Of a DNA stretch of 64,000 bases, positions 46,568 to 55,963 are shown in pieces; the stretch's first letter is position 1; each line of letters begins with the position of its first letter. The translations under genes were made by a program, and so were the position numbers. The notes beneath the pieces are model-generated. The model was not told the DNA's origin. It did no database searches and was given only the letters and a program-made list of their open reading frames with translations. The DNA comes from a bacterium. Lineage in GTDB: Bacteria > Bacteroidota > Bacteroidia > Bacteroidales > Marinilabiliaceae. The DNA is taken from assembly GCA_963620665.1 (NCBI GenBank), contig CAVFBA010000006.1, positions 2,083-66,082 of the forward strand, in the 5' to 3' direction.

Positions 46568-48745
46568 ATGAAGAGAAACATTCTCTACGTGTCGCTTGCC
46601 GCAGCTATGGCAGCGACAAACCTCACCGGCTGTATCGATACCGACGAGCCGGAAGGCATCCTCGCCCTCCGCGAGGCCAAGGCTTCTTACATCAACGCAC
46701 AGGCTGCCAACGAGACCACCATCGCCAACGCCAACGCTGCCCTCACCAACGCTCAGGCAGCAACCGAGAACGCCAGGGCTAAGCAGGAAGAGGCCCTCGT
46801 CAAGCAGCGCGAGTATGAGGCTGCACTCGCTGAATACGACGTTAAGATGGCCGAGCTCACTTACCAAAAAGAGCAGGCTCTCGACGCTCTCGAGATCGCC
46901 CAGGCTCAAGCCGACGCTCAGACCAAGCTCCAAGAGGCAGCTAACGAACTCGCTAAAGCTAAGGCCGACGCAGAGCAGGCAGCTCAAGAGGCCGAGACCG
47001 CACTCAACAAGCTCAAGGCAGAGTACAACAATGGCCTCGCAGCTCTCGAAGCATCTACCGTAGCCTACGAGAACGCAGTCAAGGCAAACAAGTCCAACCA
47101 GACTTTCCTCGACACCAAGACTGGCAAGTACCTCACCATCACCAGCATCAAGGCAAACTACGACGCTGCTAAGAGCGACTACAAGAAAGCAAGCAACGAT
47201 GTTATCGATTACACTGAGACACTCATTAAGGTCACCAAGAACAGCGCAAGCGATGGATACGCCACTTCTATCGACTCCATCGGATCCATCTTCGACCTCA
47301 ACAAGGATCTCAACGACGCCGAGCTCGCTCTCGTAGAGGAAGAGAAGGAGCTTGAGGTTGTCAACAAAGAGCTTGAGGACGCTAAGGCCAACGTCATCAC
47401 CTCTGAGGAGGAATATGACGCCAAGGTCGCTGACTACGAGAACCAGATAGCCATCCTCGACTCCAAGATCGCCGAGAACAATGTAGCACAGGCTGAGTTC
47501 GCAGTAGAGCCCGAGAAGCAGAAGGTAGAGCTCGAAAAGCAGATTGACGCACTCGAGGAGCAGATTGACGCACTCAACGAGCAAATCACTCCCGATTATG
47601 ATGCTGATTACAACACAATCTACCCCTACAACGAGACCCTCAACGCAATCCAGGCTAAGATCAATGAGGCAAACGACAGCATCACTCTGCTCAGCGATGA
47701 GTATAATGAGAAAGTACAAGCCATCAATGATGAGCAGAACTACTGGCTCAAGCGAATCCAGACGTGGAAAGAGATCGCAGTCGCCAACTATAGCGAGATT
47801 GATGGTATACTCAATTATGCCCTCAACTACAACTCTATGTTCGAAATGAATGATGACAACAGCAAGATTGTCATCAAAAATAGCAAGTTGGATGAATACA
47901 CCAACGGCAGCATAATCACTACCGGTGGGACGGGCAGTACTTGGGGTAACTTCACAGACAGCGAAAGCAACACAGTGAACATTGAGTTCCGCTATCCTTA
48001 TGACTTCTTCTACGACTTTAACGGATCTTTCTACGCTTTGCGCGCCACCATCGACAATGCAGTGCAGGCATACAAAGATGCCACTCTCACTGAAGCGAAA
48101 GCATACAAAGCTCTCGCTTCTCTCAAAACAGCCATCGATGAGATCTACACTCCCGCCGAGAAAAAGGTTAAGGAGGTTAACGACAAGATCCTCGCTCTCG
48201 ATGTCGACTTCAAGACCAACAAGTCTGATAAGATCATAACTCTCACCTACAAGACCATCCCAGCCCTCGAAGACGAACTTGACGCGGCTAAGGAGCCTAT
48301 CAACGACGAGATTACCGCTCTGAGCAACCAGAGGCTCGACCTCCAGCGTGAGAAGAACGACATCAAGACCACCGATGCTACCCTCGAGAAAGAGGCCGCT
48401 CTCCTCAATGCGGAGAAGAACGCTCTCGAGACTGTCAAGGACGCTTATGAGTGGAACACTGAATACACATCCGACTACACCATCGAGTCTCTCGAGGATG
48501 CTGTAATAGCACAAGAGAACGCTGTCACCAAAGCTAAGAACAACATCGAGATTGCCAAGCTCAACATCGAGAAGTTCTACGATCTCGCCGACTACGACGC
48601 TGCGCTCGCCGCATTCAACGTAGCCCGCGCTCAGAACAACCTCGACGAAGCTACCGAGGAGCTCGAAGAGGCCGAGGAGCTTCTCAAGCACTACGAGGCT
48701 CTCCTCCAGACTTCTCTTGAATCTCTCACCTCAACCGAAGAGTAA
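46568..48745 (+). CDS. Coiled-coil surface lipoprotein of 725 aa (S-layer-like candidate)
   Basis: MKRNILYVSLAAAMAATNLTGC lipobox followed by an acidic IDTDEPE stretch (Bacteroidota surface-export-like). Long Ala/Glu/Lys/Asn heptad-rich segments flank a central non-helical region (~47770-48060). The track ORF start at 46361 lies upstream of the promoter box. Confidence 0.7.
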   Translation: MKRNILYVSLAAAMAATNLTGCIDTDEPEGILALREAKASYINAQAANETTIANANAALTNAQAATENARAKQEEALVKQREYEAALAEYDVKMAELTYQKEQALDALEIAQAQADAQTKLQEAANELAKAKADAEQAAQEAETALNKLKAEYNNGLAALEASTVAYENAVKANKSNQTFLDTKTGKYLTITSIKANYDAAKSDYKKASNDVIDYTETLIKVTKNSASDGYATSIDSIGSIFDLNKDLNDAELALVEEEKELEVVNKELEDAKANVITSEEEYDAKVADYENQIAILDSKIAENNVAQAEFAVEPEKQKVELEKQIDALEEQIDALNEQITPDYDADYNTIYPYNETLNAIQAKINEANDSITLLSDEYNEKVQAINDEQNYWLKRIQTWKEIAVANYSEIDGILNYALNYNSMFEMNDDNSKIVIKNSKLDEYTNGSIITTGGTGSTWGNFTDSESNTVNIEFRYPYDFFYDFNGSFYALRATIDNAVQAYKDATLTEAKAYKALASLKTAIDEIYTPAEKKVKEVNDKILALDVDFKTNKSDKIITLTYKTIPALEDELDAAKEPINDEITALSNQRLDLQREKNDIKTTDATLEKEAALLNAEKNALETVKDAYEWNTEYTSDYTIESLEDAVIAQENAVTKAKNNIEIAKLNIEKFYDLADYDAALAAFNVARAQNNLDEATEELEEAEELLKHYEALLQTSLESLTSTEE

Positions 48746-48763
48746 TCCTTTAACCCGACCAGC

Positions 48764-49585
48764 ATGATTAGAAGTTTTTGCGCTTCAGCACTGCTTCTCG
48801 CCCTTATAGCCGCTCCTGCCACAGCGCAGGAGCAGGCCAAGGACGCCGCCGGTCAGTTTCAAGTATCTCTCGTCCTGGGCAACAACACTATGTTCAACCA
48901 GAACACCAGTGAATACCTCTTGCCCGAATACTACGACGGGACGACAACACCAAGCATCGGCATCGGTGGCGACGACGTCACCTCGTCCGACCCTGGCCTG
49001 TACTTGAACCTCGGCGACCTCGGAAGCAACAGCCTTCTCAACATGGTCGGTGTCCAAGGACGCTATTTCATCACCTCTAATCTCGATGTCAACCTCATGT
49101 TCGCCGCCAATATAGCAGCGACTCCCAAGAAAGACTACATCGAGGGTGATAATACTATCTCGGACATGGCCATACCGGCCTCCCGCGCCATAGAGGGCCG
49201 CCTCAAGACTAACATGACGGCCACGATAGGCGCCAACTGGCACTTCAGCACGAAGTCTGACAAGATATCTCTCTATGCCGGCATCGCCGTTGGCGGGCAG
49301 TTCGGCAAGATCGTCACCACACGTCCCTATACCGACAACGACGAGGTAGCCATACTGACCCCCTCGACCCGCGCGGGACGCATCTGGGCTCTCCAAGGCT
49401 CGTTGGTGGGTGGCGTAGAGTTCCTCCCTATACCATGCCTCGCACTCGGCATCGAGGTCGCCCCGGCGGCCTACCAATACAGCCAACTCGAGGTATACCC
49501 CAAGGGCTACGAGACGTATGTCGCGCAACATCACGACATCAAGTTCTTCGCCACGCCGAACCTCAAAATCGGCTTCCGCTTCTAA
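48764..49585 (+). CDS. Outer-membrane beta-barrel protein
   Basis: Signal peptide ...APATAQEQ, alternating-strand pattern, C-terminal beta-signal NLKIGFRF. 18 nt downstream of the lipoprotein gene. Confidence 0.7.
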   Translation: MIRSFCASALLLALIAAPATAQEQAKDAAGQFQVSLVLGNNTMFNQNTSEYLLPEYYDGTTTPSIGIGGDDVTSSDPGLYLNLGDLGSNSLLNMVGVQGRYFITSNLDVNLMFAANIAATPKKDYIEGDNTISDMAIPASRAIEGRLKTNMTATIGANWHFSTKSDKISLYAGIAVGGQFGKIVTTRPYTDNDEVAILTPSTRAGRIWALQGSLVGGVEFLPIPCLALGIEVAPAAYQYSQLEVYPKGYETYVAQHHDIKFFATPNLKIGFRF

Positions 49586-49642
49586 GAACCCGTAACCTGA
49601 GGAGGAGCACTCTTCCTTCAGACTACATAACCCCATAGTATC

Positions 49643-49676
49643 GAATCCCGAGGCATCCCCTCGGGATTCTTTTTTA
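49643..49676 (+). terminator. Strong Rho-independent terminator
   Basis: gaatcccgagg (49643-49653) pairs with cctcgggattc (49659-49669) across a 5-nt loop, followed by a T6 run. Confidence 0.85.
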
Positions 49677-50056
49677 TGCCCCACCCCACAGTAAAGACGT
49701 TGCCAGAGCGTCTCGTCAACTGCCGCAAACTACATACGTAGAGACGATGCCCGAATCGGCTTTATATGCGCAGATTAGGGGTGTGGGGAGGGTGAAAAAT
49801 ATTTGTTGATTATAAGTTCTTATTAATCAGCACATTACAGCATCAAACACTGCCAGGCTGGTCTATTTAACATTTTATTTTTGCGCATTAACATGAAAAT
49901 CGTGAAGTGGGGGTATTCGTCACACTTACGACTGAAAAATGGGCGATGCGGTAGGGGGATGGGGGGCGGAATTTTGAAGAATGGGTGTGGTTTTGGTTGT
50001 TGAACATCGTCCGAAAAAACTATTTGTTTTCTTACGAGGAAATGAAATCGGAGCGC

Positions 50057-50122
50057 GGAGCATCTGGCATGCATCCGCGGAGCATCTTTGGAGCATCCAT
50101 GGAGCATCCATGGAGCATTTAG
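50057..50122 (-). repeat. Six 11-bp-phased ATGCTCC heptamers (one degenerate), inverted relative to 4309-4374
   Basis: On the + strand, ggagcat starts at 50057, (50068 degenerate catgcat), 50079, 50090, 50101 and 50112. Confidence 0.85.
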
Positions 50123-50188
50123 AGAGGTTGGAGGGGTGGTTTTGAGGGGTCGTGGGGCGACGCGCCCATCAGCCTCCCAAATTTTCGC

Positions 50189-50196
50189 TATATTTG
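50189..50196 (+). promoter_or_regulatory. -7 promoter box TATATTTG for the GH25 gene
   Basis: Exact TAnnTTTG match, 26 nt upstream of GTG 50222. Confidence 0.5.
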
Positions 50197-50221
50197 CCTA
50201 AGAATCGACATTAAGTTCCAA

Positions 50222-51070
50222 GTGCCACAAGCCCGACTTCAGAAATCACACGACAGCAAGCCCCGCCGAAGACGCTGGGCGGCGGTGCTTATCGGCATTG
50301 CCATTGTCGGCATCGTCATGATGGCCTTGCTGTTCTGCACCCCGCAAGGGCGGCACATTGTGCGACATATTCCCATCCTGAACCGCGTAGCACTTCATTT
50401 CCTTGACCGCCCCGTGATGCCCAAGGCCGATGCTTTCGGCATCGACATTTCGCGCTACCAGGGCGATATTGACTGGGAGAAGCTGGGGGTGATACCGTAT
50501 GGCGCCTCGTTGCGCAAGCAGTCGCTCTATGCCACGTCGTCGGCGCCCATAGCCTTCATTTTCGCCAAAGCGACGGAGGGCGCGGACTATGTGGACCCCA
50601 ACGCCGCGAAGAACCTGCCCGCCATACGCAAGCGCGGCATACCCTGCGGCGCGTATCACGTCATGACGCTTGCCAACACCGCCAAGCAGGCACGCAACTT
50701 CATCAACAACGCCAAGCTGAGACGGGGCGACCTCGTGCCGGTCATAGATATTGAGGATCAGATATTTGGCACTAAACCCGTCGAGCAGGTGATAGACTCG
50801 CTTACTAACTTGTCGCGCCATCTGCGGCGGAAATATAACCGCCACCCCATCATCTACTCGTCGGTCAACCTTGCCGAGAAGCTGCGGCTGCGAGCCAAGT
50901 TGCCCAACAGCCCTTTGTGGATTGCACGATATAACGCCACGATGAGGCCCGAGGGTGCCGATATATGGCAATTTTCGGACATTGGGCTCGTGCCGGGCAT
51001 TGACGCCCCGGTGGATCTTAACGCCTTCTACGCATCACGGTACAAGCTGTCGAGCCTCACCATCAAATAA
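50222..51070 (+). CDS. Glycoside hydrolase family 25 muramidase with an N-terminal membrane anchor
   Basis: GIDISRYQGDIDW ... FIFAKATEGADYVD ... GAYH is the GH25 signature. GTG start. TM helix WAAVLIGIAIVGIVMMALLF. Confidence 0.8.
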   Translation: MPQARLQKSHDSKPRRRRWAAVLIGIAIVGIVMMALLFCTPQGRHIVRHIPILNRVALHFLDRPVMPKADAFGIDISRYQGDIDWEKLGVIPYGASLRKQSLYATSSAPIAFIFAKATEGADYVDPNAAKNLPAIRKRGIPCGAYHVMTLANTAKQARNFINNAKLRRGDLVPVIDIEDQIFGTKPVEQVIDSLTNLSRHLRRKYNRHPIIYSSVNLAEKLRLRAKLPNSPLWIARYNATMRPEGADIWQFSDIGLVPGIDAPVDLNAFYASRYKLSSLTIK

Positions 51071-51120
51071 TTTTTCTTCCTTTTGGGACGCTCATCACTG
51101 CATATCACAAAAATTAGCAC

Positions 51121-51128
51121 TACCTTTG
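51121..51128 (+). promoter_or_regulatory. -7 promoter box TACCTTTG
   Basis: Exact TAnnTTTG match, 41 nt upstream of ATG 51169. Confidence 0.45.
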
Positions 51129-51168
51129 GCTCGCGTGCCACGTTAGGCACCACCACAAACTCTTGCCA

Positions 51169-52353
51169 ATGCGATACCTGCTAATTCGCAATACGCGCCT
51201 GGCCAACCTACCACCCGACCAGAAACCAACATCCGTTCTCCTATGTGACGACCGTATCGTCGGCATAGGTGCCAATCTTCAGCACCCCCTCATCGACACC
51301 GACACTATCGATGCCGATGGACTGTATACCATCCCCGCGATAGTCGACCTCTGCAAGCCGCAGCCTGAGCGTTTCACGCCCGACCACTGCAAGAGTCTTA
51401 ATTTTGAGAACATTACGGCTGGCGTCACTTCGATCATGACGCTCTCGAAAGATATTGAGGAGAATATTGCCGACTTCCAGATGGCCAACTGCAAGCTCCT
51501 CAACTATGCCTTCCACTTTCCTTTGAGGCAGGTCACGGAGGCCAACCAACGGCATTTCCGTCGCCTGATGATTACCCACGGCATTGCCACGGCTATGCTG
51601 CGGTTTGGTGACGACGCTAATGCGGATGTGGCTAACCTTCAGCAGAATATAGACGTGGCACGGGCGCTCAACCTCATGGTACTCTACGACTTCCGCAGTC
51701 TGCCCGACCCGCTTGACCGTCTTGTGCATTTGCAGACCCTTGCCGACTTGTTGCGCGAGAATCCTACGAACCGCGCCTTCATACTTGGCGTTGAGACGGA
51801 GCGCGAGCTGCAAGTGATATGCGAGCTGCGTAAGACCGTCGACGCTAAGGCGCAGCTGTGTCTTAACCCGTTCGACCCTCCTACGCCCGACGTGCCGCGC
51901 TTGAGCCATGACCAGATAGCCGACACTCTGCGTAGTGCCCGATGGTCGTCGTTGGGTCTTGGGTTCAGCGCCTCGCGTGCCGTGAAAGAGGGATGGCCCG
52001 ATACGGCGTTGGAGATTGTGTCGCGTAACCGTTTGTCTCTCATAAACTCGCTTGCCTCAAGTCGGCCGCTCACGCCAGCCGAGCTTGCCGAGTTTGTCAT
52101 AGAGCGTCCTGCCTCGTTCGTGGGGCTGCGTAATCCTATGGCTAATGTCTCGGAGGGCATGTCGGCCAATCTCATACTGTGGAACGCTGATTTTCACGAT
52201 GAGGCGACGATAGCTCCGCCGGGGTCTGAGCCTGTTCACCTGAAGTTCTCCGGGCATATCGACTATGTCATAATGAACGGGCAGCTTGTCATGGGCGAGC
52301 GTCTGATACCCAAGCGTATTTGCGGCACGCCGCTCTATGCGCGCCTCGTGTAG
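51169..52353 (+). CDS. Amidohydrolase-superfamily (dihydroorotase-like) protein, probably non-catalytic
   Basis: The N-terminal beta-sandwich (LLIRNTRL ... DADGLYTIPAIVDL) and the C-terminus (ANLILWNADF ... VIMNGQLV) match the dihydroorotase/allantoinase fold. The HxH metal motif after the first strand is absent (IVDLCKP). Confidence 0.5.
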   Translation: MRYLLIRNTRLANLPPDQKPTSVLLCDDRIVGIGANLQHPLIDTDTIDADGLYTIPAIVDLCKPQPERFTPDHCKSLNFENITAGVTSIMTLSKDIEENIADFQMANCKLLNYAFHFPLRQVTEANQRHFRRLMITHGIATAMLRFGDDANADVANLQQNIDVARALNLMVLYDFRSLPDPLDRLVHLQTLADLLRENPTNRAFILGVETERELQVICELRKTVDAKAQLCLNPFDPPTPDVPRLSHDQIADTLRSARWSSLGLGFSASRAVKEGWPDTALEIVSRNRLSLINSLASSRPLTPAELAEFVIERPASFVGLRNPMANVSEGMSANLILWNADFHDEATIAPPGSEPVHLKFSGHIDYVIMNGQLVMGERLIPKRICGTPLYARLV

Positions 52354-52661
52354 GGTTCTTCGCATTATACGAATTTCTCCAAAGTTTAACACTCGACATA
52401 TCCCTCATTATCAGCTGCTTAGAGTTACTATTCCTCTCGTTCAACACTTTTATTCCTCTTTTAACGCCTTTCTTTGCTCCATTCTGCGCAAGGTGCATAA
52501 TTTCGCGTCGTTCAACTTCTTCTGCCATGCCCATCAGGCGGCTCCCCTAAGGCGTAGAGCCTCACCGCCCCGATGATTCGCAACGGCTGCTCCCCAGGCG
52601 ATGCGTCTACGATGGTCACTCCTCCCCGGCTTTCGACACGGCAGAAGAGAAATAATTCCTA

Positions 52662-53186
52662 ATGACAAAGAACAGTTTAATTTGCACAACTCTGCTCGCC
52701 GCCGCAACACTTATCTTCACGTCGAGCAAAAAGGAAAACGAGGAAAACTTCTACATCGATGAGCTTCAGACTCTCGCGCACGAGTCGCTCGTGGCAGGGC
52801 AAGAGCTCAACCCCGACTCTCTCGAGGACAACATGGTCATCGTCAGTTTCTGGGCTTCGTACGATCCCGCATCGCGCATCAACAACTACGACCTGCTCCA
52901 ACTATCCGACAAGTTTGCCGACACCCGCTTCGACAACTCCAAGGGGCTCAAGGTTATCTGCGTCTCACTCGACACGTTCCGCTCCCCTCTGCTTCACGCC
53001 ATTAAGGCCGACGGCACAGACTGCTTCTCGCATATCTGCGACCTCCAGGGCGAAGACTCTCCCCTTGCGCACAACTTCGACGTCAACCGCCCCGTCAACC
53101 TGCTCTTAAGTCCTGACGGACGCATCCTGGCACGCGACTTCGGCACGTCAATCATCGCCTCCACACTCGAGATGCTACGGCAATAG
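52662..53186 (+). CDS. Thioredoxin-fold (TlpA-like) protein lacking the CxxC motif
   Basis: VIVSFWASYDPASRINN aligns with VLVDFWASWCGPCRAEN of the next gene, but both cysteines are replaced. Confidence 0.55.
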   Translation: MTKNSLICTTLLAAATLIFTSSKKENEENFYIDELQTLAHESLVAGQELNPDSLEDNMVIVSFWASYDPASRINNYDLLQLSDKFADTRFDNSKGLKVICVSLDTFRSPLLHAIKADGTDCFSHICDLQGEDSPLAHNFDVNRPVNLLLSPDGRILARDFGTSIIASTLEMLRQ

Positions 53187-53226
53187 CCCATCTCGCTCCA
53201 CAACAAACACCTAACAGTCAAACACC

Positions 53227-53748
53227 ATGACCAAGTCACTCACAATCGTTCTCTACCTTCTCACCACGCTGCTCCTACTTGCCTCGCCTGCGCTATCGCA
53301 ACCCAACGCACTCGTGGGTAAGCATGCCCCAGCCATATCCGCCACGTCGCCCAAGGGTCAGTCACTCTCACTCGATGACCTCCGCGGCAAGGTGGTACTT
53401 GTTGACTTTTGGGCCTCATGGTGTGGTCCATGTCGGGCGGAGAATCCCACGCTCGTCAAGGCTTATAAGGACTTCCACAATAAGGTGTCCCCTAAGGGTG
53501 ACGGGTTTGAGATATTCAGTGTGTCGCTCGATGTCAATAATGACCGATGGTCAAATGCCATATCTGCCGACCATCTGTCGTGGCCTTACCATGTCAGCGA
53601 CTTCAAGGGTTGGCGTAGCGCGCCTGCCGCGGCGTATGGCGTGCGGCAAATACCATCTAACTTCGTCATCGACAAAGACGGCAAAGTCCTCGCTGCCAAT
53701 CTGCGTGGCGACGAGCTCATCCAGTTTCTTAAAGCCATCTTCGACTGA
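53227..53748 (+). CDS. TlpA family thiol-disulfide oxidoreductase
   Basis: Signal peptide, FWASWCGPCRAENP active site and the AhpC/TSA-like fold. Confidence 0.85.
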   Translation: MTKSLTIVLYLLTTLLLLASPALSQPNALVGKHAPAISATSPKGQSLSLDDLRGKVVLVDFWASWCGPCRAENPTLVKAYKDFHNKVSPKGDGFEIFSVSLDVNNDRWSNAISADHLSWPYHVSDFKGWRSAPAAAYGVRQIPSNFVIDKDGKVLAANLRGDELIQFLKAIFD

Positions 53749-53915
53749 CATTTTGTCACATTAGATATCACTCATTCTGGGCGACCACTTAGGCCGCCCA
53801 TCTTCGTATGTCAATTATTCCCATTCTCTGACAAATAGGCGCAACGCTACACTTTGGCAACTATTTTGCCCTACCCCACAACGGTTTTCATTGCCCTTTA
53901 ACTCTCTATACGATT

Positions 53916-54512
53916 ATGGATAACACACAAGATAAACAGCCCGAGGCTAAGCCCGAAGACGCTAACCAAGCTCAGAACACTCAAGAGCAAGAGCAGCCCC
54001 AACCAGAGCAACAGTCGGAGCAACCTCAAGCCGAGCAACCACAGCCCGAGCAGCCTAAAGCAGACGAGTCGGATGAACTCAAAAAGCAACTCGACGAGAT
54101 TAACGACAAGTATCTCCGCATCCGCGCCGAGTACGACAACTATCGCAAGCGCACGGCACGTGAGAAGGCCGACCTCATAAAGAGCGCAGGCTCTGATATC
54201 ATCACAGGTCTCCTCCCCGTCATTGACGACTTCGAGCGCGCCCTTGCCCATATGAGCGACGCTTCGGACGTGGCGGCCGTCAAGGATGGCGTGAGCCTCA
54301 TCCTCAAGAAGTTCAACGACTATCTCGCAAAGCGCGGTGTTACGGTCATCGAGACTAAAGAGCTGCCCCTCGACACCAACGTCCACGAGGCGATAACCAT
54401 GGTGCCAGCTCCCACGCCAGAGATGAAAGGCAAAATACTCGACTGCGTAGAGAAGGGTTATATGCTCGGCGACAAGGTGTTGCGTTTTGCCAAAGTCGTC
54501 GTCTGCCAATAG
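53916..54512 (+). CDS. grpE: Nucleotide exchange factor GrpE
   Basis: Acidic Q/E/P-rich N-terminus, YLRIRAEYDNYRKRTAREK coiled coil, and the C-terminal beta domain HEAI ... GY.L.DKVLR.AKV.V. Confidence 0.9.
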   Translation: MDNTQDKQPEAKPEDANQAQNTQEQEQPQPEQQSEQPQAEQPQPEQPKADESDELKKQLDEINDKYLRIRAEYDNYRKRTAREKADLIKSAGSDIITGLLPVIDDFERALAHMSDASDVAAVKDGVSLILKKFNDYLAKRGVTVIETKELPLDTNVHEAITMVPAPTPEMKGKILDCVEKGYMLGDKVLRFAKVVVCQ

Positions 54513-54542
54513 TTCACTCTCAGAAAGGAGATCCGTTGCTTT

Positions 54543-55694
54543 ATGGCAAAAAGAGATTACTACGAAGTACTTGGCGTATCTAAGACCGCCACGGCCGACG
54601 AGATAAAAAAGGCCTACCGTCAGCTGGCCATCAAATATCACCCCGACAGGAATCCCGACAACAAGGAGGCCGAGGAGAAGTTCAAGGAGGCCGCCGAGGC
54701 ATACGATGTCCTCTCCGACAAGGATAAGCGTGCCAAGTATGACCAGTTTGGCCATGCCGCGTTCGACGGTGGCGCAGGTGGTGGCTACTACGGTGGTGGC
54801 ATGTCGATGGATGATATCTTCTCTCACTTCGGCGACATATTCGAGGGTATGGGCTTCGGCGGTGGCAGTTTCCACTTTGGCGGTAGCTCGTCTCGTAGCC
54901 GTGGCTCACGTGGCTCCGATCTGCGTGTCCGTGTGACGTTGTCGCTCAAAGACTGCGCCACGGGTGTCGAGAAGAAGCTCAAGGTACGCAAGCAAGTGCC
55001 ATGTAGGACGTGCTCCGGCACAGGCGCCAAGGATAGCAGTTCCATAAAGACTTGTCAGCAGTGTAAGGGCGTAGGCTACGTCACTCAGGTCGTCAACTCC
55101 TTCTTCGGGCGCATGCAACAGCAGTCCGTATGCCCGACTTGTGGTGGCAAGGGTAAGACTATAACCGACAAGTGTCCCAAGTGCGGTGGTACAGGCACTA
55201 TGGCCGACGAGGCTATCGTCACTGTCAAGATACCCGCAGGTGTCGAGGATGGCATGCAACTCAAAGTCACAGGTGCCGGTAATGCGGCTCCTAATGGTGG
55301 CACACCTGGCGACCTTCTCGTCCTTATCAGTGTCCAGGAGGATGACGTTCTCCAGCGCGACGGGTCAAACCTCATCTACCACCTCTACCTCACCGTCCCC
55401 GAGGCTATCCTTGGCACAGAGGCGGAGATTCCCACTGCCGACGGCAAGGTCAAGATAAGCGTCGAGCCAGGCACACAACCTGGTAAGGTGCTACGACTCA
55501 AAGGTAAAGGTCTGCCCGAGATAAACCGCACCACACGTGGCGACCTCCTCATTCGTATCGACGTATACATCCCGCAGAAACTCTCGTCCGACGACAAGAA
55601 GCTTGTGGAGAAACTCGCCGACAGCCCAACATTCAAACCCTCTGCTCAAGAGAAGGCCTCCTTCTTCCAACGTGTCAAGCAGATGTTCAGCTAA
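54543..55694 (+). CDS. dnaJ: Molecular chaperone DnaJ
   Basis: J-domain (DYYEVLGV...HPD), G/F region and four CxxCxGxG zinc-finger repeats. Confidence 0.95.
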   Translation: MAKRDYYEVLGVSKTATADEIKKAYRQLAIKYHPDRNPDNKEAEEKFKEAAEAYDVLSDKDKRAKYDQFGHAAFDGGAGGGYYGGGMSMDDIFSHFGDIFEGMGFGGGSFHFGGSSSRSRGSRGSDLRVRVTLSLKDCATGVEKKLKVRKQVPCRTCSGTGAKDSSSIKTCQQCKGVGYVTQVVNSFFGRMQQQSVCPTCGGKGKTITDKCPKCGGTGTMADEAIVTVKIPAGVEDGMQLKVTGAGNAAPNGGTPGDLLVLISVQEDDVLQRDGSNLIYHLYLTVPEAILGTEAEIPTADGKVKISVEPGTQPGKVLRLKGKGLPEINRTTRGDLLIRIDVYIPQKLSSDDKKLVEKLADSPTFKPSAQEKASFFQRVKQMFS

Positions 55695-55852
55695 CCCCGA
55701 CTGTTAGCTAACCCATATTAGCCGTGTCATTACCCAATGGCGCGGCTTTCTCTTTGTCCACACTCGCCCTTTTCGTCAAATAAAATCCTCACTATTTTCC
55801 TCATTCCCCACATTTTCCCTCTGTTGAAATTTCAATACAGACAAATATAAAT

Positions 55853-55860
55853 TAACTTTG
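55853..55860 (+). promoter_or_regulatory. -7 promoter box TAACTTTG upstream of dapA
   Basis: Exact TAnnTTTG match, about 104 nt upstream of ATG 55964. Confidence 0.4.
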
Positions 55861-55963
55861 CAACCACATTAGCCACGTGCTAATATCACAACACATTCAC
55901 GACAATCAGGCTCAGCCCACGACATTCTCGTTCGCCAAGCCCCCTAAAATACAACTGAGTTAC

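Noticed and set aside
49641-49676. TCGAATCCC string resembling a tRNA T-arm.
   Set aside because: No acceptor, D or anticodon arms can be drawn. The sequence forms an 11-bp hairpin followed by a T-run, which makes it the operon terminator.
52480-52661. Minus-strand reading (cctggggagcagccg ... gaaagccgggg) as SRP RNA or RNase P RNA.
   Set aside because: It lacks the SRP domain IV GGAA tetraloop context and the RNase P GAGGAAAGUCC P4 consensus. The resemblance is limited to short G-rich strings. Kept only as a low-interest structured-region finding.
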